From the NCBI GenBank assembly GCA_003427395.1, contig BFEA01000033.1, forward strand, positions 5,042,324-5,106,323: a DNA stretch of 64,000 bases, in the 5' to 3' direction. Position 1 is the stretch's first letter; the number at the start of each line of letters is the position of its first letter. The position numbers and the translations under genes were made by a program. The notes beneath the pieces are model-generated. The model searched no databases. It saw nothing but the letters and a program-made list of their open reading frames with translations, and had not been told where the DNA came from. Origin of the DNA: Chara braunii (lineage: Eukaryota; Plantae; Charophyceae). Shown here one piece after another: positions 35,620 to 49,391 of this stretch.

Positions 35620-38600
35620 TGTTACGATCCTGGCCACTTTTGAAGTACACATTCATGAGAAAGTACAATGCCCTTGAATGTCGTCCAATCGCAAAAAGAA
35701 ATGAATGAACTTAAAGGGAGAGAGAGGGAAAGAAGACGAAGAAGAAGAAAAAGAAAGAAAGAAAGAAGAAGAAGAAGATGTAGACCAGCAAAGACCAATG
35801 ATAATGCCTCTCTTCCTCCTTTTCTCCTCCCCTCCCCCTCTTATTCAAACAATAAATAATAATAATAATGTCAAATGGCTAAACTGGAATCAATTTTCGA
35901 ATCCCTCTTCTACTGCAGGCACCACATAAGGTCACCGTAGCCATGGCCACTGTTCCCTTCCTTCTCGAAGGCCGAGGCTATGGCGGACTACCAGGGCCTT
36001 GCCCTGCTGTGCAAAGGACAACACAAAGCAGCTATGCCCACTGCCACTCAGGCCGTCATGCCTGACTCTGCCTCAGAGCTTCTTGGTGCGGCGCAACCCG
36101 ACTGGGGCCTTCCTGATGCAGCACCTGACAAGGTAATGAAGATGGTGGCCGCTGTAGCCAGGTAGGCACCTCACCTCTCTCCCTCGTAGCCTCCCTCTCC
36201 TTCCTCCTACTGGTAGAGCTCCACCATAGCCGTGGTGGAAGCTCCTGAGCTCCTTCTTCCTCCTAGCGCTGCTCTGCCCAGCGCTCCTCCCTGCTCCAGC
36301 GCTGTAAAAGCTGGTGCTTGCTCAAGCAGCACGACGTCCAGACTTGCATACCGCAAATGAGGAGGAGCTACTCGCTCCTCCTTGAGACATAGGGGCCTAC
36401 TTGTGCTTTGGCAGTGACTTCCAGGCTGCGCGGCCTCCAAGCAACAGAGGGAAACATCAATGCAGGCTCTGGTATCTTCCGTACAGGCCCTAGACTCAGG
36501 CTACTTGGACTGGTACCGGCCTACCTCTAACCTACCACTACTGGGCCTCTAAAAATGCCAACTTTTTGTCTTCCGCTGCTCGACCTCAAGTACTCGACAC
36601 TTCTACCACTACTTGAGTGGTACCGGCCTGCCTGCTACTTGAGTGTATTTCCCGCTGGTCGCGGGCCTACCCCCGCTACTTGAGTGTTTTTTCCACTGCA
36701 ACCCTCAAAGTCACGGCCACAGGTAAGTACCGGCCCTTCGGGGTCCTCCCAAGGAAGCAAGTACCCTTGTGAGTCGCACACACTCACTGGCCGACAAACA
36801 CACAGACCATCAAGCACACACACACACACAGACTAAGAAAACTCAGCAGAATGCGGGAATCTCAGCAAGGCATTCATTCCAGCAGCAGAACTCAGAAATC
36901 AGCAGTGTTCTCAGTTTGTGTTTTGGCGGGTCATTACACTACACCCCCTCAAGAGCGAGGTCGCTTCGAGCGAGTAACTCACTCGGAGTCCCTGCACAAT
37001 GCATCATATGCGTAGATGGTAAATAGCGATCGTGTATGTTCCGTGGGAGTGAGGGAAGCAGTAAATTTCAGTTGCTGTTCGGAGACAATCAGCCGTTCAT
37101 ATGCTTTGACGACTCGTGGTGCGCTTTGCAGCCGATCTTTCCTAGAAATCCAGCAAAAAATATCTAGCGGGTGATATGAAAAATGGACCTTGTATTGCCT
37201 GTTCTTCCCCTTTCCATCGTGCTCGACAATTCTATCAATCTCGTGACCGCCATTCATTGCACAAGGGATCACTGGTTCTCGATACAGAAAAGTTTCAGGC
37301 GACTGATACTGAAACGACTTTGATGCATGAAGGACTGGGTACGTGAGCAGATGAGGAGGCACATCAATCACATAGGAAGGATCAAATGAATCATCCGGCA
37401 CCTGTTTCATTACCTGCCACAGACCGTAATACTGAGGAAGACGCTTTTGCGACCCCTCTTCTTTTTCAGAAAATTCAGACATTTTGACCCAGATGTAACC
37501 TCCCACTCTGAAAGGTTCAGGCTGGGGTAATTGTTAGCATGTTTAATCATGGCACTGCGTCGCCTCTTCATAGCTGCAACAACTTTGAGCAAGCAATCAA
37601 ATTTAGCACTTTAGCCCGGCTGGCCAGGTGTTAGTCCAGGTGTCGGATCGGGAAACAGGTAGGATAGGGGATAGCAAATCTTCCACCTTAGATGCAACGG
37701 ACGTGGTGTGATGCCTGTGGAGGACTGTATGGAGTTGTTTTATAATCCGAACACAGTGACATAAGCTTGGAATGGAAGCCCCAATAAATGGGGACAGTGA
37801 CATAAGCTTGTTTCAAGGCAGTTATAAAATCTGGCTTCTTATTCTACTTTGATTTGGAGCTGCTGTAACTTGAGCTCATCATGTTATATTAGCTGGTTTA
37901 AAACAACAAGCCCTTTATGGCACATTAGCCGCTATTCTTCTAGCTTTAGTTTAGGGTTTAGGGTTTAGGCAATTCCTCATCCCAGGAGTGCTGATCAGGC
38001 ACAATTAGAGCGCGGAGAAGTTGGATCACGGTCTGGTTGATCTCCTCAGCCAATCCATTGACTTCAGGATGTGGACCAGACGTCATCTTGAGTTTGATGT
38101 CATAGATCTTGGAGGTGAAGTCCTTCCAATGTGCACTTATGAACCTAGTGTCCGGATCACGCACAAGAGTCTTCGCGAGGCCATACTGCAGAACATAACT
38201 CTTGTTAAACTCCTCGATCACAAGGTTAGTTGGGGCGTGAGGTGGCAAATGTCAGTGAAGTCAATGGAGGCAGACTCACTAGGGCCATCAGGTATAGGAA
38301 GAGGATGCAGCAGCCCGTAGGGCTTTTGCCGAGATGGTTTGATGCGTTGACAAACTCGACACTCAACCACAAATTTTCGGGCCATTCCTTTCATCCCAGG
38401 CCAAACAATCTTTTCCAATAGGCTTCTGTAGATCTTTTCAAAACCAAAGTGTCCACTTTGACAATGAGCCAAGTCCAAGAAGTGAGTGCGAAGAGGCTCA
38501 TGGTTGGGTGCACACAACCGGTCATGCTTTCCATAGTGTCGGAAGCGCAAACCTTTACAGTCGTGGAAATCAGGCTTGACTGCGAGGGTTAGCTTTGATC

Positions 38601-41600
38601 TGCTCACAGATGGGACTCGGGTCCAAATCCTTGACAGTCTGCTTAACTAGTTCCTCCTTTAGTTTCTTTCGAGGTCGTAGGAGCTCACAAGGCAAGTCAT
38701 GTAGTCAGGGTGGCGAGACAAAGCACCTGCAACGCGATTGTAACAACCTTTCTTGTGTTTGAGTTCAAAATCGTACACATCAATCTCGTGCAACTAGTTT
38801 CTTGGTCCATTTCAAAGTCTCTTGGCACGAGAATGCTTTGAAATGACGACCCAAGAGGTAATGTTTCCAATGATCTAGTTCCTCTCTCAAGGCATATAAT
38901 TCTCTCATGTAGGTGGCGGTAGCTACCTTGTGATTGGGCATGCGTTTGCTGTAGTACTCAAGCGGACTTAAGCTGTCACCGTCATCTTGCTGCAACACTG
39001 CGCTGGTCTCGTATAAGCTCGCATCCGTAGTTACTACGAATGCGAGTTTGGTCCGCAATACGGAGCATCGGGTGACTCACCAAGGTCTCCTTCAATGCTT
39101 GGAAGGCGGCCATACATTCCCCATCCCACGTGTAAGACACGTTCTTGCTTGTTAATTTGGACAATTGACGAGCGATGATAGAAAATTCAGGCACAAACTT
39201 ACGGTAATATGACGCGAGACCAAGAAAAAAACACAACTCTCGGACATTTCTCGGTTGAGGCCATTTGCGAATGACCTCAACTTTGGTTGCCTCGGGCTTG
39301 AGGCCTGTAGCGGACAACCGATGTCCACGGTAGATGACGCTCTCCTTCCCAAACTCGTGTTTTTCTAAGTTGAGATGATGCTGCACGTCCTTGAGGATCT
39401 GCAACACTTCCTCAAGGTGTTTCATGTGCTCGCGGTAATCAATGCACATCCGTCATTTGCCTCCTTTCTTAGGGACAAACAAAATTGGTGAACCGAATTC
39501 GGATTTGCTCAGCTTGATCCAACCTTTTGCAAACATGTCATCGATCTGTCTTCGCAACTCCTCCAGTTTGCCTGAGCCGATTCGATAGACACGACCTTTT
39601 GGAGGAGTGTTGCCTTCTATCAACTCGATCTTGTGTTGGATTGGATGACGGGAACTCCATGTGGTTTGGCCAAAACTTGAGGGAATTGGGTGAGAAGATT
39701 GCGGATCTCTGATGGGATCTCCGGAGGTGGAGAATCAGAATCTGGTGCAAGCATATCAGATTGCATAGTTGCAACCAAAACAACAGGATTTGAAGTAGAA
39801 CCGTTTGGACTAGAAGTAGATTCAGTAGATGTAGAAATAGTTGAATTGGAAATGGAAACAACATGCAAAGTTGAACCTTTATGTACAACAAAAATAGAAG
39901 GCACATGAGTAGGCGTAACAAAGGCTATATGCATTTCCTTATCATCATCATGCCAGCCCGAGCCAATAAGTGCGTCGAAGGGCACTTGTTAAGGATTTAG
40001 AAGTTCAACTTATGTGTGATTGTGCGGTCTGCGTCAAAGGTAGTCCGCACACCTTTGACTGCATGCGTAGATGTGACAACCTCCGGGTTTCCCACTTGGG
40101 TACGACAAGGATTCTTTGCAAAAACCACTTGCTTCATTCCAAGCGTGCCTTACGAATGCCATGCTGTGAGAAGTAGTTGGCGGTTGCACCACAATCGGCC
40201 TACACACGGAAGCATCGGCCTTTTATGCGGAGCTTGAAGAAGGTCAAGTTCGTTTTCCCCGATGCGCACTCTTGCTTCATCCTAAGCCCAACTCAGCAAG
40301 GGACCATGAATGCCGATTTCTTCCAACTCCACCCAAGGCTCCTTGTAGAGGACATGTAGTTTCTCAACCTTGGAATCTGCATCAGATGGGGTTTCAAGAG
40401 AGGAGGGTTGAGTGGGATTAGAGTCCGTAGAAGGACCTGCACTTGTTGTCCTGGAGTAGAGCGTGCTGATAAGATCTCTAACCCCTCTGCTGGTTTCCTT
40501 GCAGTAATATGAAACATTGTTGGATTGAATGTCCCGGTTTGGTGCAATGCAGGCAGACCCCTTTCTTCATCCTACATTTCCACTCACTTTTGCTGATTCG
40601 GAGATCTACGCAAGGTTTTGTGGCAGGATCCTTCGGTTTCAGGTGGGATCTTTGCTCCTTAGGGGAGGTGAATAGTGTTAGTATTGTTCTTCACTGGGTT
40701 CCTCTAACCCTTACTCTTGAAGGCAGTCTTTTAAAGGCATTCATTGATTCTTCATCATCTGCAGTTTCATATCCGTAAGCCGAAGAGCATGCCAGGTCAG
40801 CATCGTGTTCTTGATCATCACCAAGAATAGAAACATCTACACCAGCCAGATCATCGGGCTCCAACAGGTCGTGTGATGCAAAATGGCTGCTGCCTCCATG
40901 CCGCCCGCGGCCATAGGTCTTCTTGACGCTACTTGCTGCGTGAAAGAGGTCTTGTGCCTCTAGCTTGAGTAAGCCCTTCATGAGGGAAAGCCAGCCCGTG
41001 TATTCGTAGAGTCCTAGCCCAAGACAATTAGTAATGGTCGAGGGTGTTGTGCCGTTGACAACATCTAAACATGATTTGTGTTGTCATGTCCAAGCCAGGT
41101 GTGGCAAAGAGATTGCTGAGATGTGTCATCAGGTCTTTCATACTCTTGACCCACTTGCAGCGTTTGACATAGTCAAGCCGGTATCTTGCTTTTTGTGCAG
41201 CGTGAGGAACCTGATAGCGTGTGATGAAGAGGTCCTCGAGTGCGGTGATCCCAATGGCCCTCAACCACTTGTTCATGTCCAGTCTGGCGTATCCAGCCTG
41301 TATGGCTTGGAGCTCAACCCAACTCCGTACTTCGGGCACGACATTGGTTCCCACGACAACCAATTGAGTAATCGGGGGAGTTCCCAAAATGTCAAAGCAT
41401 GCTCGCATAGCCGCGAGCCAGGAGATGAAATCGTCCTTCCCGTCGAATCTAGGCGGTAACATGGCCGCCTTTTTATGCACATAAGGAAAGCCATTACTAG
41501 GACCCAGGATCCTCAAAGACTGAAACGGGGGCTGCAGCAGTTGCAGAGCTCCCTGCACTGCTACTTTGTGCAGCAGCAGTGGAAGGTGCACCTGTTGCAG

Positions 41601-44600
41601 GTCCCATACTCATCAAGCTCAAGGATGAAGAAGAGAAGAGGGGGGCATAGGTGGTAGACAAGGCAACGGAACTCGACGCATTTGGAAGAAGCGGGGGGTT
41701 AAGGTTAGTCTGCTGCAGATCTGCTATTCGGTGCAGCTGGTCACTGTGTCTCTTTTCCATCTGGGCTATGGTATCCCACATATCTTTCACCTGATCAAAC
41801 AACTGGGACACAAAGCCAGGGAGAGTACTCATCATGTGACAATTGATCAGTGCATGCACATAAGTGACCAGATGAGGCTTTCCTTCCTCATCAGGCAGGG
41901 AGGGTACAATCTTGTGTGCATTCTGATAGAGGATAAAGAAAGAAGGTTCATCCTCTTCGTCTGCCGCATCCATTTGTGCGTTCAGACTGACTGAAGCTTT
42001 TACTGATCCTGTCACCATGTCAGCCCTGTTAGGACTGTCAACACCTAGTTCAGAAAAGATTTGGGAAAACCTCTCCCAATGAGGGCTCCCTGCCATCTTC
42101 TTCGGATGGCCACTCCGCTTTTTCTTTCTGACGCCCTCAAGTGCAGCACTCAGTATCCTCTCTCTTAGTCCGCGATCGTGTCGATACGGTCATTAGTTAA
42201 CCCAATGAAAGAAACAGCTTAAAAGCAATTAGAGGAGAAGGTAGAACTCCTAGCCAGAGGGGCAGTTCATTTGGACTGGAAAGCAGACAAAGATAAAATA
42301 AAATAAAATAAAATAATCAGAGAGATCTGATTCAACAGCCGAGTCTGGCCAGACCAAGTAGGAGATCCCCTCCTGCCTAATCTGACTCAGCTCCGTGCAA
42401 GTACAGCAAATCAGATACAAAGAGTAACTACACAATGCAAGAGAGAATCGAGTTGTGTCTAAGGTGCGAGTCAAGCGGCGGACTGTGCAGTGTCTCTGAA
42501 ACGTCGCATCTGAGGTCACCCTCAGCAGCGAGTGTCCAGGTCTGAAAGCATGAAGTCTGAGTCCCAGCAAGGTCGAGCAAGGTGGCTGGCGTCAACAGAT
42601 TTAGGCCTAAGGGGCCCTTCTTGTTTGGGCCCAGTCCCACTGGGTCCAAAAAGGTCCCAGTTGAGTCAAGATTGGGTCCCAACCAACAAGAGTACCACAA
42701 AGACCTACTTTCTGTCCCTATCGTACTGAAAAAGGAATTTCAACTTCAGAAAGAACCTATAGACTAGAGCCGTTCAGAATGAAAGAAATAAAGTACTGTA
42801 GAAAGATATGACATTGCACACAATATACTCCATCCATTCACTCGACAGGTGAGAAAGCAGTTCACACACTTCAACACAAGATCAAGACCATAGAGGATGG
42901 GGGAAGAACCCAGAATACCCCACATGCATGGGCATCCTTGTGGCACGACACTTACCTGAGCGGCCGGGCTCTTGGGATGATAACTCACCTGCCTTGTCGC
43001 ATAGTCCTCCAGACCTAATGAGCGTCCTCTACACTAGTGTCCTGTCATGTAGGAGAGTCAACTTCTACCCAGAAGGACAACGCCTAATCCCCCGTCGATG
43101 TTGAAGATTGCGATGTTGAAGATCGAGGTAGTAACTTGCAGTCTGTTGGTGCAGATATGGCTGCCACCCTCAAGCTCGTCTAACTCGAGGGGAGCCCTAA
43201 AGTCGCTCTTCGTCTTCCCTGAAGTCCAGATTCCACTTGTAGGTGCCCTTCACTGTCACCTCTCTCAAGTTGCATCACGAAGTCCCACCTTGTCTCTCGC
43301 CACCGCACACAGACACTCCAGCAACCTCGCGCGGGTCTATTGTCGACCCTACACGAGCCTGCCAGGTGGGAGCAGCTTCCCTTTGACCACGCTGCCCCAC
43401 TCAACCCTAACTTCCTGCTCTCACCCTAAGTGGTTAGGGTATGGTTATGGTGGCAAAGTCAACTCTCGCCAGCACGTAAAATCCGCTCTGATACCAATGT
43501 TACAACCCTGGCCAATTTCGAAGTACATATTCATGAGAAAGTACAACGCCGTCCAATTTCAAAAGGAAATGAATGAACTTGAGAGGAGAGAGAGGGAAAG
43601 AAGAAGAATAAGAAGAAAGAAAGAAGAAGAAGAAGAAGATGTAGACCAGCAAAGACCAATCATAATTCCCTTCTTCTTCGCCAGCCACTCTCCTCCTCCT
43701 TTTCTCTTGCCCTCTTATTCAAACAATAAATAATAATAATAAGGTTGAATGGCTGAACCAGAATCAATGTCCGAATCCCTCTTCTGCTCTAGGCACCACA
43801 TAAGGTCCACTATAGCGATGGCCACTCTTGAAGACCGAGGCTATGGCGGACTACCAGGGCCTTGCCCAGCTGTGCAAAGGACAACACAAAGCAGCTATGA
43901 CCGCTGCTACTCAGGCCGCCATGCCTGACTCTGCCTCGGAGCTTCTTGGTGCGGCGCAACCTCACTGGGGCCTTCCGGATGCAAGGTAATGAAGATGGTG
44001 GCCACCGTAGCCAGGCACCTCGCCTCTCTCCCTCCTAGTCTCCCTCTCCTTCCTCCTTCTACTTGTAGAGCTCCACCATATACGCATTGGAAGCTCCCGG
44101 CCTCCTTCTTCCTCCTAGCGCTGCTCTGGCCGGCGCTCCTCCCTGCTCCAGCGCTCGGAAGGCTGGTGCTTGCGCAAGCAGTACAACGTCCAAACTTGCA
44201 TACTGCAAATGAGGAGGAGCTACTCGCTCCTCTTTGAGATATAGCAGCCTACTTGCCTCCAAGCAACCGGTATGTCGTCCCTTTCGGAGGGAAACATCAG
44301 TTCAGGCTCTGATATCGTCCTTACAGGCCCTAGACTCAGGCTACTTGGACTGGTACCGGCCTACCTCTAGCCTACCACTACTGGGCGCCTAAAAATGTCA
44401 ACTTTTTGTCTTCTGCTGCTCGGCCTCGAGTACTCGACACTTCTACCACTACTTGAGTGGTACCGGCCTGCCTGCTACTTGAGTGTTTTTCCCGCTGCTC
44501 TAATTGTTGCGGGCCTACTCCCGCTACTTCGAGTGTTTTTCCCATTGCAACCCTCAAAAGTCATGGCCACAGGCAAGTACCGGCCCTTCTGGGTCCTCCC

Positions 44601-44798
44601 AAGCAAGCAAGTACCCTTGTGGGTCACACACACACTGAGCGACAAACACTCAGACAGGCATGCAGACCATCAAGCACGCACACACACACAGACTAAGAAA
44701 ACTCAGCAGAATGCGGGAATCTCAGCAAGGCATCCATTCCAGTGGCGGAACTCAGAAATCAGCAGTGTTCTCAGTCTGTGTTTTGGCGGGTCATTACA
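35620..44798 (-). mobile_element. Ty3/Gypsy chromodomain LTR retrotransposon 2, both LTRs present, degenerate
   Basis: LTRs 35620-36938 and 43498-44798 (TG..CA). PBS TGGTATCAGAGC (tRNA-iMet) at 43485-43496, PPT next to 36938, TSD TCTT. gag/PR/RT/RH/INT/chromodomain fragments homologous to element 1. Confidence 0.96.
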
Positions 44799-45922
44799 TC
44801 TTCTTTTTCCTCCTCTTCTGTCTCTTTGCCCTTTTCCTTCTGCTTCGTCTCGTGTACTCTGGGTCGCCCGTCTCAGGGGTCTTCAAAACCCAATCCGTTT
44901 TGCGTACTCGTTCAACTCCTAAGGGGAAGATGAAACGAAGCATCGGCTGCACGAGAAAGGAGAAAGTAATAAAAGTAAACTTTGGGTACTTCTCCACGGT
45001 GTTAGGTTGCACAACAATCAGCCAAATGTTTACTACATAGACTCCAGTTGTTTTGGCCTAAAACAGTTGACTTTGGCTTTATTATAGGCCTGGGCAACTT
45101 CACTCACAGAGCTGACTGTGTGATGGTCTGCAAGCTCGTGGCCCAACAGAAGGGTTGGCTAACGAGCGACCACGAGTTTGGTCAACTCAGCCACCATAGC
45201 TTCATATTGTAGAGGTTTGTCAATGCTATTGTGAATGTGTTATGCACGGTCTTTAGAAATTATTTAGTGTTGCGAACAGGACCACACGGCCAGGCGGATA
45301 GTCCTAAGAGTGACTCCAAACGGAGTCCGGTCTCTCTGATCTGTACAACCCACAACACTTAGGACTTGTAGTCTTGTTTCTGAGAACTTCAGTCAGTGTC
45401 TTTGCGAGTTGACCACATTCTGGCTAGCACCAGTCTTTGGGCCTAGACAGGTTCCAACTGCTGTGACTTTGAAAGGCTTCACAAAGCCAACCCACCTATC
45501 TACAAACATCCACCAGTGTTGTCAACCGAAAACCTATTGACAACAACATACATTGATGACAGCAGCTCGAGCCAGCAGGAATAGACCACTGAAATCCAGC
45601 ATCAGAGCACAACACGTGCATGCAAGGCTAGGCATACGGGGTACCTCCCTTCCGGTCTGGTCGTTGAAAATCCTCAATGGTCGCTGCAACTCACTCCACG
45701 CGATTACTTGTCGGTAAGTATCTCTTCTTCGTTCGACCCCTTCTTCGATCAGCGTCCTCTAACCCTATCCTCTTGTCAGTCAACGTCTTTCTATGCTGCT
45801 GGCACCTAATTATCTCTGCCTAACTTTTTAGCGAGACTCTCCCGTATCAGGACCACTTCTCGTACCGCTAGGATCCTGCTTGACGAAAACTTTGACCCAA
45901 AAACTGTCGCGTTGCTAGCTTT

Positions 45923-45988
45923 CGTCTTCCCCCCCCCCATGATAGTCTCCTGTGTATCGTTCCCATTTTAACGGATGTACGGAAGGAC
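45923..45988 (-). pseudogene. Degenerate 5' part of U6 snRNA
   Basis: CCATGATAGTCTCCTGTGTATCGTTCCCATTTTAACGGATGTACGGAAGGAC. The ISL region is replaced by a C homopolymer. Confidence 0.85.
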
Positions 45989-48900
45989 ACTGCGGTGGTA
46001 GTTTTGACATCATTTTTGTCATTTTCTTTGTTGAAAGGGGTGAAGGTCAGTCCGGCAATCTGCTGTTGGTTTTACTTATCTTGTGGATTTAGACCTGCAC
46101 AATAGGATGCTCAAATGCCTTGTGTGAAAGTGAAAATGACTGCATCGGCATAGACCGGCTCTGTGTGTGTCGGGGGGTGTGGAGTTAAATGGCCGTTAAA
46201 AGCCGTTTAATTCCCCCTACCCTGTTAAATTTCCGTTGAATCAAAAATGGGCGGGCTCCTGCCATTTGTTTTTCAATGGATTGGGTCTGCGGGGGTTTGG
46301 GTATGTACCCCAGCACCCCTGCATGATTAAACTAAAAAAAAAGGAACCCCCCCCCCCCCCCGGGAAAAAAAAAAAAAAACCCGTTTCGTGTGTGTGTGTG
46401 TGTGTGTGCGCACGCGTGTTGAAGATATTTATCACCTTATCTGAGTGTGTGGTGGAGTATTTGTTTGTTTTTTATGCGTTGCCACCTCTGCGGCGTAGGT
46501 GCGAGTTGAAACCAAGCGTAAAGTTTGGCTCGCAAGTGCGTCGTAGTTGTAAAGCTTCGTATGAGAAGCTTCGGGTATTTCATACCGAGTGACCTGCCTG
46601 TAAGGAAAATTCGAGAGGGACGTATCTGTAAATACGGGAAAATACAGGCCCGTACTAACTGAATTTCCTACAGCTAACCTAATTGCGAATAGCAGGCCCG
46701 GGTTACCCGTAAGACAGACAGGCCCTACAGGCCTATGCTGATAGACGGTCCTATAGCCTATAGCTGGGTAAGGTAGAGGCCGAGAGGCCGAAACTGAATC
46801 GGTACCGGGCAGTCAGTCAGTCCGGCCTAGGTCGAGTCTAGGCTAGTTTTAGTCTATAGATAGGATGGGCACATCGGTTCAGGCTTTTGGCAGTTGGTAC
46901 CGAGTACATCGCTGCTGTGCTACGAGTGAACCGGAAGTGGTGACGGCTCAGCGTGGAAGAAGACAGGCATAGCCAGACCTTCGGAGCGCCGGCCATAGCT
47001 CGGACCTGCGCTGTACGCTGCCAGCACGTAGGGGCTGTCAGAGGTCCGAGAGAAGTTGGTGCCCTGCTGGACCCCTTCTCCGGAGTGGGGCTCCAGGGTT
47101 GTGGCGCTGCAGCCAGCTGCAGCTTCTTCCTCAGAGGTCATCTTGTCAGGAGTTGGTGGGGCTGCTGCAGACTTCCATCCGGGAAGTCTTCCGACACTTC
47201 GTCATCATCAGATACTGTGGCGCTGGTCTTCTTCTTCATCCTCTGAGTGGCGCTTGGCCTCAGAGGCCTGTTTCAGGGTGGCGCTTCCCTTTGGAGGCTG
47301 TATCTGGGTGGCGCTTGATGTTTCAGGGGCTCAGGGGTGTCACGGGTGGTTACTCGGGGTTGGGGAGTGAAGCGCTGCTCATTTCTGAGCAGCGCACTGT
47401 AGNNNNNNNNNNNNNNNNNNNNNNNNNNNNNNNNNNNNNNNNNNNNNNNNNNNNNNNNNNNNNNNNNNNNNNNNNNNNNNNNNNNNNNNNNNNNNNNNNN
47501 NNNNNNNNNNNNNNNNNNNNNNNNNNNNNNNNNNNNNNNNNNNNNNNNNNNNNNNNNNNNNNNNNNNNNNNNNNNNNNNNNNNNNNNNNNNNNNNNNNNN
47601 NNNNNNNNNNNNNNNNNNNNNNNNNNNNNNNNNNNNNNNNNNNNNNNNNNNNNNNNNNNNNNNNNNNNNNNNNNNNNNNNNNNNNNNNNNNNNNNNNNNN
47701 NNNNNNNNNNNNNNNNNNNNNNNNNNNNNNNNNNNNNNNNNNNNNNNNNNNNNNNNNNNNNNNNNNNNNNNNNNNNNNNNNNNNNNNNNNNNNNNNNNNN
47801 NNNNNNNNNNNNNNNNNNNNNNNNNNNNNNNNNNNNNNNNNNNNNNNNNNNNNNNNNNNNNNNNNNNNNNNNNNNNNNNNNNNNNNNNNNNNNNNNNNNN
47901 NNNNNNNNNNNNNNNNNNNNNNNNNNNNNNNNNNNNNNNNNNNNNNNNNNNNNNNNNNNNNNNNNNNNNNNNNNNNNNNNNNNNNNNNNNNNNNNNNNNN
48001 NNNNNNNNNNNNNNNNNNNNNNNNNNNNNNNNNNNNNNNNNNNNNNNNNNNNNNNNNNNNNNNNNNNNNNNNNNNNNNNNNNNNNNNNNNNNNNNNNNNN
48101 NNNNNNNNNNNNNNNNNNNNNNNNNNNNNNNNNNNNNNNNNNNNNNNNNNNNNNNNNNNNNNNNNNNNNNNNNNNNNNNNNNNAGGGGGGCGGGGGGGTT
48201 GGGTGGGGGGGTTGGCAGGCACTTACCTGCTTTGCACTCTGTAGTTCAGGCAGCAGAGCACATGTCTTGCAGCAAATCAACCAGCACATTTAACTGGCAG
48301 ACATGCAGAGTTGCAGGCACAAGACTAAAGAAACAGAGAATTTTTTTTTGAAAAAAGTATGATTAACTTTGAACTTTGAACTTCGGATTTAGTAATTTAA
48401 CTTCATAACTCCATATATAACTTAAAAGTCCGAACTTTGCAGTTCAATTCATAACGTCAGAGTCTTCAGACTGGCAGCACTGTCAGTGCTCTCTCTCTCT
48501 CTCTCTCNCNCNCCCCCCCCCCCAAACAGGCAGCAGCGGCGGGCGCCACGTTGAAACGGCCGCTTTGAAATTGCTCGGGCCTGTGCGAAACCCGCCACCT
48601 CAAAAACCTGCAGTGTCTTGTGTCTGGACCTCTAGGCCATGTCCGGTGGGGTGAAACAACACTTAAAAATGACTCCGTTATTTTTCGAGGGGCAGCTAGG
48701 ACCCTACAAACGTCCTGGGCCGCCCCGTTTTTTTTTTTGATTTTTGCCTCAGGGGCCTCCATCCGGACATGGGGACTAGACACCGGACACCGGACATCGG
48801 ACACCGGACTGTCTGGAACCCGGTCCGGACGTCCGGGCGGTTACCATGATATTTTTTAATTTATTTTTTGCCCATTTTTTCCCCGTGAAAAAATCCTTGT

Positions 48901-49331
48901 GAAGAGAAAAACATTGCTACTGTGCTACAGCCTACAAGGAATTTTTAGGAATTTTTGGTCTTCTGTTGGAACAGCTTTGCAGTCGGTTTCACATGGGTTG
49001 TTACGTTTTTTGGGAATTTTGTCGTGTTGTGGTTGAAGTTTATAGGGCTTTTGTGGAGTTGTGGTATGGAATCTAGGGATTATGTCGTGACTTTGTCATC
49101 TCTGCCGATTTAGGTAGTAAACAATATGCATTGTACCTTCAGATTTGTTCGGGTTAGGAATTCCTGTTTCACACCTGTTATCTTTCTCTAGAGTTTTTTG
49201 AGCTTCTCCTCTTTTTGATTTTGACTTGTCAAATTTTTGAATTTTATCCGGTTCGTTTTTCACAGGGGACGGGCTCCGCTTGCTGGATGCAGCCGGAGGC
49301 CTTGTGGCCCCTGAGTTTGAAACTTGTGCTC

Positions 49332-49391
49332 ATTTGTATTTTTGCGTTGGGCACTGGGCCCTGATAATAAAGGGAAATTTTCTTAAAAAAA
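49332..49391 (+). mobile_element. 5'-truncated non-LTR retroposon tail
   Basis: AATAAA, then poly(A), flanked by the 12-bp direct repeat AAACTTGTGCTC (49320-49331 and 49392-49403). Confidence 0.75.

Noticed and set aside
47099-48289. Long ORFs spanning N runs (also near 20700, 28800 and 54400)
   Set aside because: Assembly gaps translated as X.
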